A DNA stretch of 32,000 bases from assembly GCF_000354175.2 (NCBI RefSeq), contig NC_022349.1:960001-992000 (forward strand), written 5' to 3'. The position numbers and the translations under genes are program-made. This document shows, in pieces, positions 1 to 7,723 of this stretch (position 1 is the first letter of the stretch; each line of letters starts with the position of its first letter). This stretch comes from Vibrio alginolyticus NBRC 15630 = ATCC 17749. Its GTDB lineage: Bacteria; Pseudomonadota; Gammaproteobacteria; Enterobacterales; Vibrionaceae. The notes beneath the pieces are model-generated. The model saw nothing but the letters and a program-made list of their open reading frames with translations, made no database searches and was not told where the DNA came from.

Positions 1-80
1 GCAGACCACCTTAAATACAAAAACCAACGCATAGTGAAAATGCCACGCGTTGCGAATCCCTCTTGAACAGTTTGTTAGGT
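1..80 (-). repeat. attC_00, VCR-like integron recombination site (truncated by window edge)
   Basis: Matches the distal two-thirds of the repeat consensus (atgccacgcgttgcgaatccctcttgaacagtttgttaggt). Ends gttaggt, which is R'' ACCTAAC on the - strand. Confidence 0.85.
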
Positions 81-653
81 GGGATTGTCGCACGCCATAA
101 GCAATGCTTTCAGCTCTAAATTCAATGAAGCCTCACCAATTTTTCTTGCTGAATTTCCCAATTGATTGCGGTAATTACAATCGGCTCCCGCCTCTAATAA
201 TAACCTAACACCTTCGATATTCTCATTGATTGCAGCAATCATTAATGGTGAGTTGTAAACATACTCCTGAGTAAGAAGTAAATTGGGATCACCTCCATTA
301 TCAAGAAGTAGCTTTAATATTTTGTTATTGGAGAAGTTAGCAGATGCAAAAACTGGGCTATTCCCTTCATAATTCTGTATGTTGGGGAGCGCACCACTTG
401 ATAGTAAAGTTTTTACAAGTTCATGGTCACCAAGAAATGACGCCATGAGTAATAGTGACGCTCCACATGAATTGACTGTATTAACGTCCATTCCCTTCTT
501 CAACAAACGTTGAGCATACGAGCTGCTTTTTCCCTCAATCATCTGATAAATTGCGATATTTATAGGACTACTAGGGTCGTTTCTGCTTTTGCAAGAACTT
601 GAATCACTTGTCAAAAACACTATGGATAAAGCTGCTAGTAAAAATCGCTTCAA
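75..653 (-). CDS. ankyrin-repeat protein with N-terminal signal/lipoprotein-like leader
   Basis: ORF track gives 75..740, but its first 29 codons are read-through of attC_01. I moved the start to TTG 651-653, which has AGGAGG (661-666) 7 nt upstream. Ankyrin-type repeats are visible (GASLLLMASFLGDHELVKTLLSSGALPN; NSPLMIAAINENIEGVRLLLEAGADCN). Hydrophobic leader is LLAALSIVFLTSDSSSC. The stop TAA lies inside R''. Confidence 0.6.
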   Translation of the reverse strand: MKRFLLAALSIVFLTSDSSSCKSRNDPSSPINIAIYQMIEGKSSSYAQRLLKKGMDVNTVNSCGASLLLMASFLGDHELVKTLLSSGALPNIQNYEGNSPVFASANFSNNKILKLLLDNGGDPNLLLTQEYVYNSPLMIAAINENIEGVRLLLEAGADCNYRNQLGNSARKIGEASLNLELKALLMACDNPT

Positions 654-662
654 AATAATCCC

Positions 663-788
663 TCCTAACGCCCAATTAAGGTGTGAAGCACGCGACCACG
701 GTACTTCATTTGACCACCGTACACACTGAACTAAACCCAAACCAAAACTGCCAAGCGTGCTGAATCACTCTTAAATTGTTTGTTAGGC
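663..788 (-). repeat. attC_01 (VCR-like, 126 bp)
   Basis: + strand runs tcctaac...gttaggc, giving R' GTTAGGA and R'' GCCTAAC on the - strand. Inner stem agcacgc/gcgtgct. Confidence 0.9.
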
Positions 789-1517
789 GCTCAGGAGCTT
801 GAGTTTACCTGCTAGCTGCTCTCTCAAAGTTTGAAGGCCCTCACCGTTGTTTAAATAGATCAGAGCTCTGTGATGAATCATATCGGACGGAATGTCGCTT
901 ACATTTTGTGCTATTGGGACGACTGTTTTACCGAGGGTATGAGCAATACCTGTTTCATACATAACATTCGGGTTTTTATTGGAAAAGTCTACCACCACAA
1001 TTTTTGCACGGTAGATAAGACTAAATATATCCTGGATTATGGACGAGTGTTTCCATATATCGTCAGCTCGTAGACATCTAAGCGTTGCATCTTCTGTTGC
1101 GCCTTTGATCGCGTCATAAACACTACTAAAACCAGCAAAAGGCATCATAACCGCTACTAAATCATCTTCCACGTCACTATCCGGTATTGAAAACACATTT
1201 GGTGAAAACGTAATTTTCCTCTCAGACGGTTTGGCAGAAATGTATGTAGCGCTTTGATCAGGATACCATTCATTTAAGTAAGCCTCGGTTTCTTTTAGGG
1301 CATTTGCATTGTGATCAACCATAGAGCGTAAAACGCTAATAATACACCCGCTATAGTCTTCATCACCAAAATGTAGACTACGCAATAACCTTGAATGATG
1401 TTCGATAAGGTGTGTGCAGTCAGTTATCAAACCTAACTCGATCCAGTTTTCAGCAGTAAAATTTTCTAAAATTCTTCGTTTTAACTGCAAAATCATTTGT
1501 GTATTTATATCTTTCAC
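783..1517 (-). CDS. hypothetical two-domain protein; C-terminal half resembles the nucleoside 2-deoxyribosyltransferase-like / TIR-like Rossmann fold
   Basis: 244-aa ORF filling the cassette, GTG start at 1515-1517. C-terminal pattern: VAVMMPFAG...VYDAIKGA...IVVVDFSNKNPNVMYETGIAHTLGKTVVPI. N-terminal helical region carries RLLRSLHFGDEDY. The family call is from memory of motif patterns and is not searched. Confidence 0.6.
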   Translation of the reverse strand: MKDINTQMILQLKRRILENFTAENWIELGLITDCTHLIEHHSRLLRSLHFGDEDYSGCIISVLRSMVDHNANALKETEAYLNEWYPDQSATYISAKPSERKITFSPNVFSIPDSDVEDDLVAVMMPFAGFSSVYDAIKGATEDATLRCLRADDIWKHSSIIQDIFSLIYRAKIVVVDFSNKNPNVMYETGIAHTLGKTVVPIAQNVSDIPSDMIHHRALIYLNNGEGLQTLREQLAGKLKLLSA

Positions 1518-1542
1518 ATTGAACCTATCATCTATAAATGAC

Positions 1543-1668
1543 GCCTAACGCCCTGTTAAGGTGTGAGCAACGCAATACAAAAGCCGCCGCATACCACCTT
1601 AAACACTAAAACCAACGCATAGTGAAAATGCCACGCGTTGCGAATCACTCTTAAACAGTTTGTTAGCC
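1543..1668 (-). repeat. attC_02 (VCR-like, 126 bp)
   Basis: gcctaac...gttagcc, giving R' GTTAGGC and R'' GGCTAAC. Inner stem gcaacgc/gcgttgc. Confidence 0.9.
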
Positions 1669-2229
1669 AAAATGGGCTTCTCTATGACAATTGGGACACA
1701 GAGCAATAGCATTCTCTACAGTATCATCTCCTCCTTTCGCTAAAGGGACAATATGGTGCACTTCAAGGTATGGGCTCCTATCTTTTTTACGTTGGAATGG
1801 AGCTTTTTTACTGCAACCCTCACAGTATTCCCCTGCTCTTACTAATACTTCAGCTACTACATCAGGGTTTCGTTTGAATTTTGTAACCAACTCCAATACA
1901 AATTGAGGTTTTTTATTAGCTTTAGCTAAGCGTTTTCTCCTAGCTTCGGAGCTTGTGCTAAGTGAGTTCTTAATTTTTTCGTCAAAGTCATTCTGCTCAC
2001 TATCTCTGTTATCAAACAAGCGAAAGCCAAGACGAGAGAACTGCTCTCGTGCATATTTTGAATGAAACTCTGTTGTATCCGAAATACCGTTTGCCAAAGC
2101 CCAAATTATCTTCGCTGGATATATACCATTGCTATCACTTAATACATACCAGTGACCCGGTTTTCCGTAATTTTGGGGTCTTTTCCCTGCATCATACTGA
2201 GCAAAAGCTTCTTCTATCATCTTTTTCAA
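1663..2229 (-). CDS. HNH endonuclease (McrA-like small nuclease)
   Basis: 188-aa ORF. C-terminal HNH/zinc motif CEGCSKKAPF...LEVHHIVPLAKGGDDTVENAIALCPNCHREAH. TTG start at 2227-2229 with GGAG 8 nt upstream. Stop lies inside R''. Confidence 0.85.
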   Translation of the reverse strand: MKKMIEEAFAQYDAGKRPQNYGKPGHWYVLSDSNGIYPAKIIWALANGISDTTEFHSKYAREQFSRLGFRLFDNRDSEQNDFDEKIKNSLSTSSEARRKRLAKANKKPQFVLELVTKFKRNPDVVAEVLVRAGEYCEGCSKKAPFQRKKDRSPYLEVHHIVPLAKGGDDTVENAIALCPNCHREAHFG

Positions 2230-2248
2230 GCAATAAACTCCAAATGTT

Positions 2249-2375
2249 GGCTAACGCCACGTTAAGTGGTGAACAACGCGACCACCTAACCTAAACCATT
2301 GTGCCGTAACCACTTAAGCTGATACAAACCAAAAATGCCAAGCGTTGTGAATCCGTCTTAAACGCTTTGTTAGCC
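2249..2375 (-). repeat. attC_03 (VCR-like, 127 bp)
   Basis: ggctaac...gttagcc. Inner stem acaacgc/gcgttgt. Confidence 0.9.
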
Positions 2376-2798
2376 GTTTTGGACGCCGACTATAGAAAAG
2401 TGGTGACTAGCGATATTGAAACCTTCGCGTAAATAGAACTTATGTGCTGGAAAACGCTGAACACCAGAATCCAAATGTATTTGTTCACAACCGCTTTCTA
2501 AAGCATATGTTTTAAACCAATCGATAATAAATTTACCTACTCCACTCGAACGAAATTGCACATTAGTTACCAAGTCTTCAATGTAAATATGCTTACCCCA
2601 AGCAAGCTTTTCACCTACGCTAAAGCCTGCTGCTAATACGCCTTCTGGCGATTTGACATAGACGACTTGGTAACCATTTGATTGCTGCTTCTCGATCTGA
2701 CCAGACAAAGTATCTAAGTTGTAATTTGGGCGAAGTTGTAACAACACTTCTAGGACTGACTCGTAATCAGAATTTTTCTCTAAAAATTGTACTTCCAT
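2370..2798 (-). CDS. GNAT-family N-acetyltransferase
   Basis: ORF track gives 2370..2828. I trimmed the start to ATG 2796-2798 (MEVQFLEK) with a GGAGAA RBS. Acetyl-CoA binding-type motif VTNVQFRSSGVGKFIIDW and C-terminal FYLREGF. Confidence 0.85.
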   Translation of the reverse strand: MEVQFLEKNSDYESVLEVLLQLRPNYNLDTLSGQIEKQQSNGYQVVYVKSPEGVLAAGFSVGEKLAWGKHIYIEDLVTNVQFRSSGVGKFIIDWFKTYALESGCEQIHLDSGVQRFPAHKFYLREGFNIASHHFSIVGVQNG

Positions 2799-2815
2799 GT
2801 TTTCTCCGTTTTGAC

Positions 2816-2941
2816 GGCTAACGCCCAATTAAGGTGTGACCCACGCGACCACGATACTAAAATTAGACGCCGTAAACACTAAACTTAACCCAAACTCAAA
2901 ATGCCAAGCGTGGGGAATCACTCTTAAATTGTTTGTTATGC
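2816..2941 (-). repeat. attC_04 (VCR-like, 126 bp)
   Basis: ggctaac...gttatgc. Inner stem cccacgc/gcgtggg, compensatory relative to other copies. Confidence 0.9.
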
Positions 2942-3541
2942 GTGTGCCTGAGCCTTCAAAGAATCTAGCATTTTCTGCTGAAACTCTTTTCGCATTATTT
3001 CTCTTTCTTCGTTCTCATGAAGAACCAACAAGAATGTTTGCCGATCACCCCACTCTTCTACTTTACGCTTTGGCAAACCACCTAATTCTCTAAGTTTCTC
3101 AGACATTTGAATGGCTAATAAACCTAAAGCAGCATATTTCGTTGCTCTCGCCTCATAAAATTCCGCAAAATCAGGAGGTGTAGCAGCATAATCACTTACA
3201 GCTGAGATATATGAATTAGCTTCGTGAACCAATTGAGGTAGGTTTAACAAATCGTAGAGTAAATCCTGGGGAAGTATTTTCCAATCAACCTCAAGTTCTA
3301 ACGGAATAAAGCTTGGGGTTTTCGAGTGATAGTAAGTGTATCCATTCTGATCTTCGGTGCCATCATCAGTGACGACTTCACGACAACCGACTATAAACTG
3401 CTCGATACTACTCGTGACAATAATTGCAAGGTAGTACGTTTCTGCTGCTTTTGACTTTTTCGCAGCAACAGACTCTTTGAGGATAGTTAAAAGAAAACCG
3501 ACCAAACCGCCTAAAATGACAACAATTAATTTCTCAAACAC
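2936..3541 (-). CDS. hypothetical membrane-anchored protein
   Basis: 201-aa ORF. GTG start at 3539-3541 with AGAGGA 5 nt upstream. N-terminal TM helix LIVVILGGLVGFLLTIL. No recognisable domain. Confidence 0.6.
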   Translation of the reverse strand: MFEKLIVVILGGLVGFLLTILKESVAAKKSKAAETYYLAIIVTSSIEQFIVGCREVVTDDGTEDQNGYTYYHSKTPSFIPLELEVDWKILPQDLLYDLLNLPQLVHEANSYISAVSDYAATPPDFAEFYEARATKYAALGLLAIQMSEKLRELGGLPKRKVEEWGDRQTFLLVLHENEEREIMRKEFQQKMLDSLKAQAHA

Positions 3542-3564
3542 GATAATCCTCTAGTCGATAAAAC

Positions 3565-3690
3565 GCATAACGCCCTGCTAAGGGGTGAACAACGCAATAC
3601 CGAAGCCGCTACAAACCACCTTAATCACTAAAATCAACGCATAGTAAAAATGCCACGCGTTGTGAATCCCTCTTGAGCAGTTTGTTAGTT
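3565..3690 (-). repeat. attC_05 (VCR-like, 126 bp)
   Basis: gcataac...gttagtt. Inner stem acaacgc/gcgttgt. Confidence 0.9.
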
Positions 3691-4173
3691 TGCAGACCCA
3701 AAAGGTTGATTTTACGTTGTTTTAAACTTTGCGAACAACAAAATTTATGTGCTTTGATGCACTTAAGTCAGGCGTAGTCTCAAAGCGGCTAGTCAATGAA
3801 ACCACTTGGAACAAGCAACGCCGCAGAAAACGAACTCACTACACCAGAAACTGCTTTTGGAAAGGCAATCTCACAATGCGGACTTTCAACAAAGCCACTG
3901 AAACCACGTGAACTTACCACACCAGAGAAAACGTCCTCGCAGCGAGTAAATCGGCTTTTGTAGCAACAAACTCAACGAGCAGAGTTTCAGCAAAAAAGTT
4001 CAACTTAGTTAACCAAAAAGTCGCCGCACCAAAGAACAAATCAACCGTGAAACGATGCCAATTTTGGACTTTTACCACGCTAATTAACACTGAAATTGAA
4101 CACCAATACGACAATTTCAACTTTGAACTTTTACCACTAGAACTTGCGATATAGCTGCGTTTTTCCTCTTGCA
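3691..4173. other. ORF-less integron cassette, family A copy 1
   Basis: 483 bp between attC_05 and attC_06. It holds only an 86-aa TTG ORF (-) and a 60-aa ORF (+), and neither is conserved in the paralog at 7225..7582. The two copies share an identical 17-mer tgaaaccacttggaaca (3797-3813 / 7330-7346) and the terminal block tagctgcgttttt. Confidence 0.7.
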
Positions 4174-4298
4174 AACTAACGCCCAGTTAAGGGGTGAAGC
4201 ACGCAATACCTAAGCTGCCGCATTGCACTTCAACACCAAAACCACCGCATACTAAAAATGCCACGCGTGCTGAATCCCTCTTGAACTGTTTGTTAGCA
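4174..4298 (-). repeat. attC_06 (VCR-like, 125 bp)
   Basis: aactaac...gttagca. Inner stem agcacgc/gcgtgct. Confidence 0.9.
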
Positions 4299-4721
4299 CG
4301 CTGCCATTAAAGCCTTTGATATACGCCAAGACATTGAAATATAGCACGAAATTTATGGCTTAAAACACCAAAACCAAACGGACAGGTGCCAAACTAAAAA
4401 CAAACATCAAGACGTAAGTTGGCTAGAAGAAAAACATGCTTAACTGCCCTTTTTCACCGCTTTCAAATTAGCAAAGAATACGGGCTTCGAACTTGAACAA
4501 CAGCGACAAAGAAACACTTGTTTTGCCGAAAATTTCTCAGTACCAAAAAAACCACGCCAGAGAAATAGCCCAAAAGTTAGAAACCGTAAACGATAAACTC
4601 AAAGCGAAAACTTCACATCTAGTGCCACCGGAGCGAACCTGAAAGGCACATTTGATCAGGTGTAAAGCGAGGAAAAGAAACCAATAAAAACAGAAACTTT
4701 TAGCCTTTGATGCCAACCCTG
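4299..4721. other. ORF-less integron cassette, family B copy 1
   Basis: 423 bp with no ORF of 60 aa or more. Conserved blocks shared with B2-B5: agaagaaaaac, gttagaaaccgtaaacg, tagtgccaccgga, tgaaaggcac, aggtgtaaa. Hairpin GTGCC-N18-GGCAC at 4622-4649. Confidence 0.75.
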
Positions 4722-4848
4722 TGCTAACGCCGCGTTAAGTAGTGAGCGACGCCTACACCTTACCTAAACAACTACACCGTAAACACAAAACTCAACTTGA
4801 ACTGAGAATGCCACGCGTTGCGAATCTGCCTTAAACGCTTTGTTATAA
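4722..4848 (-). repeat. attC_07 (VCR-like, 127 bp)
   Basis: tgctaac...gttataa. Inner stem gcgacgc/gcgttgc (imperfect). Confidence 0.9.
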
Positions 4849-4866
4849 GCAAAATAGCACCGATGT

Positions 4867-5286
4867 CTAGCTGCTCTTTAATTGCTCAACCTCCGATAAC
4901 ACCCAAGCACTATGATGATGTTCAAAACCTATTTTTGGATAATAACCTTCAGCTTGCGGTGCCGATAATAAAATAACCTTACAGCTTGGAGTTAGTTGCT
5001 TTTTAGTAATCAATATTAAATTTTTTCCGATACCACTAGATTGAACACTTTCATCGACGGCTAGATCAGAAAGGTAGCAACAATAATGAAAGTCAGTCAC
5101 CGAACGTGCAATCCCGATGAGCTGGTTGTTAAACCATGCAGTAACAACTAGATTAGCATTTTCCAACATACCTTGAATTGTAAGGTTGTCATCAAGCGGT
5201 CTACGTACACCAAGTGATGTTTTTTCTAACAATTCAATAAACTGTACCGCTGTAATTGGACAGTTAACTTTATACTCAATTTCCAT
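4867..5286 (-). CDS. GNAT-family N-acetyltransferase
   Basis: ORF track gives 4867..5325. I trimmed the start to ATG 5284-5286 (MEIEYKVN) because the upstream codons enter attC_08. Motif LAVDESVQSSGIGKNLI plus C-terminal YYPKIGF. Confidence 0.85.
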   Translation of the reverse strand: MEIEYKVNCPITAVQFIELLEKTSLGVRRPLDDNLTIQGMLENANLVVTAWFNNQLIGIARSVTDFHYCCYLSDLAVDESVQSSGIGKNLILITKKQLTPSCKVILLSAPQAEGYYPKIGFEHHHSAWVLSEVEQLKSS

Positions 5287-5312
5287 TTGATACCCTTTGA
5301 ATCTGACTTTGC

Positions 5313-5438
5313 TTATAACGCCCAATTAAGGGGTGAGTAACGCAACACCAATGCTACCGAAAACCACCTTAACCACTAAAATTAACGCATAGTAAAAATG
5401 CCACGCGTTACGAATCCCTCTTGAATTGTTTGTTAGTA
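5313..5438 (-). repeat. attC_08 (VCR-like, 126 bp)
   Basis: ttataac...gttagta. Inner stem gtaacgc/gcgttac (compensatory). Confidence 0.9.
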
Positions 5439-5862
5439 CGCTGCCCTTAAAGCCTTTGGCACACACCAAGATATTGAAATATAGCACGAAAATTATGGCT
5501 TAAAACGCTGAAGCCAAACAGACAACTACCAAACTTGAACTCAATTTCAAAACCCAAGCTGGCGAGAAGAAAAACTTGCTTAACTGACCTATTTTCACCG
5601 TTTTCAAATTAGCAAAGGATACGGACTTCGAAACTGAACGGCAGCGCCAAAGAAACTCAGTGTTTGACAAAAATGTTCCAGCATCAAAGAAATCACACCA
5701 AAGAAATAGCCAAAAAGTTAGAAACCGTAAACGGTAAATTCACAGCGAACACTCCGCATATAGTGCCACCGGAAAGATCGTGAAAGGCACAATGTTTCAG
5801 GTGTAAAGCAAAGCAGAGAAACCGGTAAACTCTGAAAATTTTAACTTTTGATGCCAACCCCG
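5439..5862. other. ORF-less integron cassette, family B copy 2
   Basis: 424 bp, alignable end to end with 4299..4721. Substitutions and small indels are scattered and do not follow a 3-nt pattern. No ORF of 60 aa or more. Confidence 0.75.
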
Positions 5863-5988
5863 TACTAACGCCCTGTTAAGGGGTGAGCAACGCAATACCA
5901 AAGCCGCCGCATACCACCTTAATCACTAAAACCAACGCATAGTAAAAATGCCACGCGTTGCGAATCCCTCTTGAACAGTTTGTTATAG
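5863..5988 (-). repeat. attC_09 (VCR-like, 126 bp)
   Basis: tactaac...gttatag. Inner stem gcaacgc/gcgttgc. Confidence 0.9.
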
Positions 5989-6526
5989 CTCACTAGCCTG
6001 TTGCGCCATCATAACTTTAAGTTCCTTTGCTTTATTGTCGAAAGCTTCTTGAGTCTTTATTAATTCATCAAGTTTTTGGCGCTTAAAACTCCTGTTTTCA
6101 CGACAATAATCTAGTACATCATCGCGCAATTTGATCAAGTTTCCGAAGTCATCAAACAACTCAGGGAAGTGTAGCTGCAAAATGGTTTGTAGCTTCTGAA
6201 AGTCACCTTTTTCCTGAAGTCGATTTTCAGTAGATAACTTCATTGCATTTTCCGCAGTGTTTGCGCCTTTATAAACGGGAATAAAAACCAAGCACATACC
6301 CTGCAAATCAATTTCCCACTTTTGAAAAAGTAGATGTAGCTCTTCTAATTTTGTTCGCTTAAATTCGATTTTTTTCAGCTCTAGTGTATTTTTGTGCTCA
6401 AGCTTTGATCTTTGGTGATTAACAAAACTTGTAACTATCACGCCTAGTAGAGTACCAAGAACCCCCCAAACTAGCTGTAATTAAAGGAGTGTAATTTAAC
6501 ACCGTTGACTGTACCTCTGATTCCAC
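5983..6526 (-). pseudogene. membrane-anchored coiled-coil protein gene split by a +1 frameshift in a G6 tract
   Basis: The track ORF 5983..6441 (GTG) lacks an RBS. A GTG at 6524-6526 has AGGAG 6 nt upstream and opens a frame that ends 28 codons later. Removing one G from the GGGGGG run (6462-6467, - strand) fuses the two frames into about 180 aa. The fused protein has a TM helix LITASLGVLGTLLGVIVTSFV that spans the junction. Confidence 0.5.
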
Positions 6527-6540
6527 GATTATCTCCTGAG

Positions 6541-6668
6541 CTATAACGCCGCATTAAGGGGTGAACAACGCATTCCACCCAAACTAAACCATTGTGCTGT
6601 AAACACTAAAGCCGATTAAAACCAAAACTGCCAAGCGTTGTGAATCCCTCTTGAATGCTTTGTTAGTT
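6541..6668 (-). repeat. attC_10 (VCR-like, 128 bp)
   Basis: ctataac...gttagtt. Inner stem acaacgc/gcgttgt. Confidence 0.9.
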
Positions 6669-7076
6669 GGTGGAGTTTAACGCGTTCTGAAGACCTTTCC
6701 AGTCTTTGCACCCAAGATAAACATTTTTACCACTAGTCAGTGTTAACTTAAGAGCTTTACTCACAGAAGCATTGTACAGCCAGCCATCTTTTAACATACG
6801 GATCCCTATACCTTGATACAACTTAGTCTCATAAAGTGAAGTCTGTACAATGTCAGACAGTTCCACTTCTTTGCGAAGAAAGCCGAAACCAAAATACCAG
6901 TAAATTTTATTTCCACTGACTCCGACTGTCATAGAGTAAAACAATACAGCTATAACCAAATTGATTAATAATGCAATCACTGCGCTGCTTATGTGGCTAG
7001 ACGTAAATATTATGATCGCGCTTAGGATAAAAAGGAGGTTTAGTAATACTTTATTAACCTCTGTTTGTTTATACAT
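6663..7076 (-). CDS. hypothetical membrane protein (2 TM plus a small C-terminal domain)
   Basis: ORF track gives 6663..7085 (TTG). I prefer ATG 7074-7076 (MYKQTEV) with AAAGGA upstream. TM helices are LLNLLFILSAIIIFTSS and AVIALLINLVIAVLFYSM. Confidence 0.6.
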   Translation of the reverse strand: MYKQTEVNKVLLNLLFILSAIIIFTSSHISSAVIALLINLVIAVLFYSMTVGVSGNKIYWYFGFGFLRKEVELSDIVQTSLYETKLYQGIGIRMLKDGWLYNASVSKALKLTLTSGKNVYLGCKDWKGLQNALNSTN

Positions 7077-7096
7077 AGCTTGCAATCCTTTGAACC

Positions 7097-7224
7097 AACT
7101 AACGCCGCATTAAGGGGTGAACAACGCAAACCACCCGGCCTAAGGCATTGTGCCGTAAACACTAAAGCCAATTCAAACCAAAACTGCCAAGCGTTGTGAA
7201 TCCCTCTTGAATGCTTTGTTAGTT
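7097..7224 (-). repeat. attC_11 (VCR-like, 128 bp)
   Basis: aactaac...gttagtt. Inner stem acaacgc/gcgttgt. Confidence 0.9.
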
Positions 7225-7582
7225 GCCAAACCTAAAGCTTTGATTTGATAGTTAGTTGCCGCTTTGCCAACACTGTCTTTGCGTATTTCGGAAAACTCAA
7301 ATCAGGCGCAGTTTCCAAGCGTCTGTCACTGAAACCACTTGGAACATACAACGCCGTAGAAAACGAGCTAACAACACCAAAAAGCGCCTTTGGGCAAACA
7401 ATGTTACAGAGCTAACTTTCAACATATAAATCGATTTCTGAAATAGAGAATACAACAACAAAAGAAACCAACGCACGATTTTACAAACCCAAATAACTAG
7501 AAATTGAAATACGAAAACCGAGCCAAAAACACACGAACATTAACCCTAAACATTCTGCTTTAGCTGCGTTTTTCTCGTTGGC
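7225..7582. other. ORF-less integron cassette, family A copy 2
   Basis: 358 bp with no ORF of 60 aa or more. Blockwise homologous to 3691..4173. Confidence 0.7.
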
Positions 7583-7708
7583 AACTAACGCCCTGTTAAG
7601 GTGTGAGCAACGCAATACCGATGCCGCCGCATATCACCTTAACCACCATACGCAACGCATAGTAAAAGTGCCACGCGTTGCGAATCACTCTTAAACAGTT
7701 TGTTAGCC
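7583..7708 (-). repeat. attC_12 (VCR-like, 126 bp)
   Basis: aactaac...gttagcc. Inner stem gcaacgc/gcgttgc. Confidence 0.9.
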
Positions 7709-7723
7709 GCTCATTCCCAAAGG

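Noticed and set aside
870-2294. Short + strand ORFs antisense to cassette genes (870..1073, 1691..1906, 2049..2294, and similarly 2836..3093, 7911..8114, 15612..15803, 16942..17145, 18569..18778, 21116..21400, 24149..24760 and 26647..27159).
   Set aside because: They are entirely embedded antisense in longer, better-supported ORFs, with no RBS and unremarkable composition.
3914-4174. 86-aa TTG-initiated ORF in family A copy 1, and the 60-aa + ORF 3729..3911.
   Set aside because: Neither frame is preserved in the paralogous cassette 7225..7582. No RBS.
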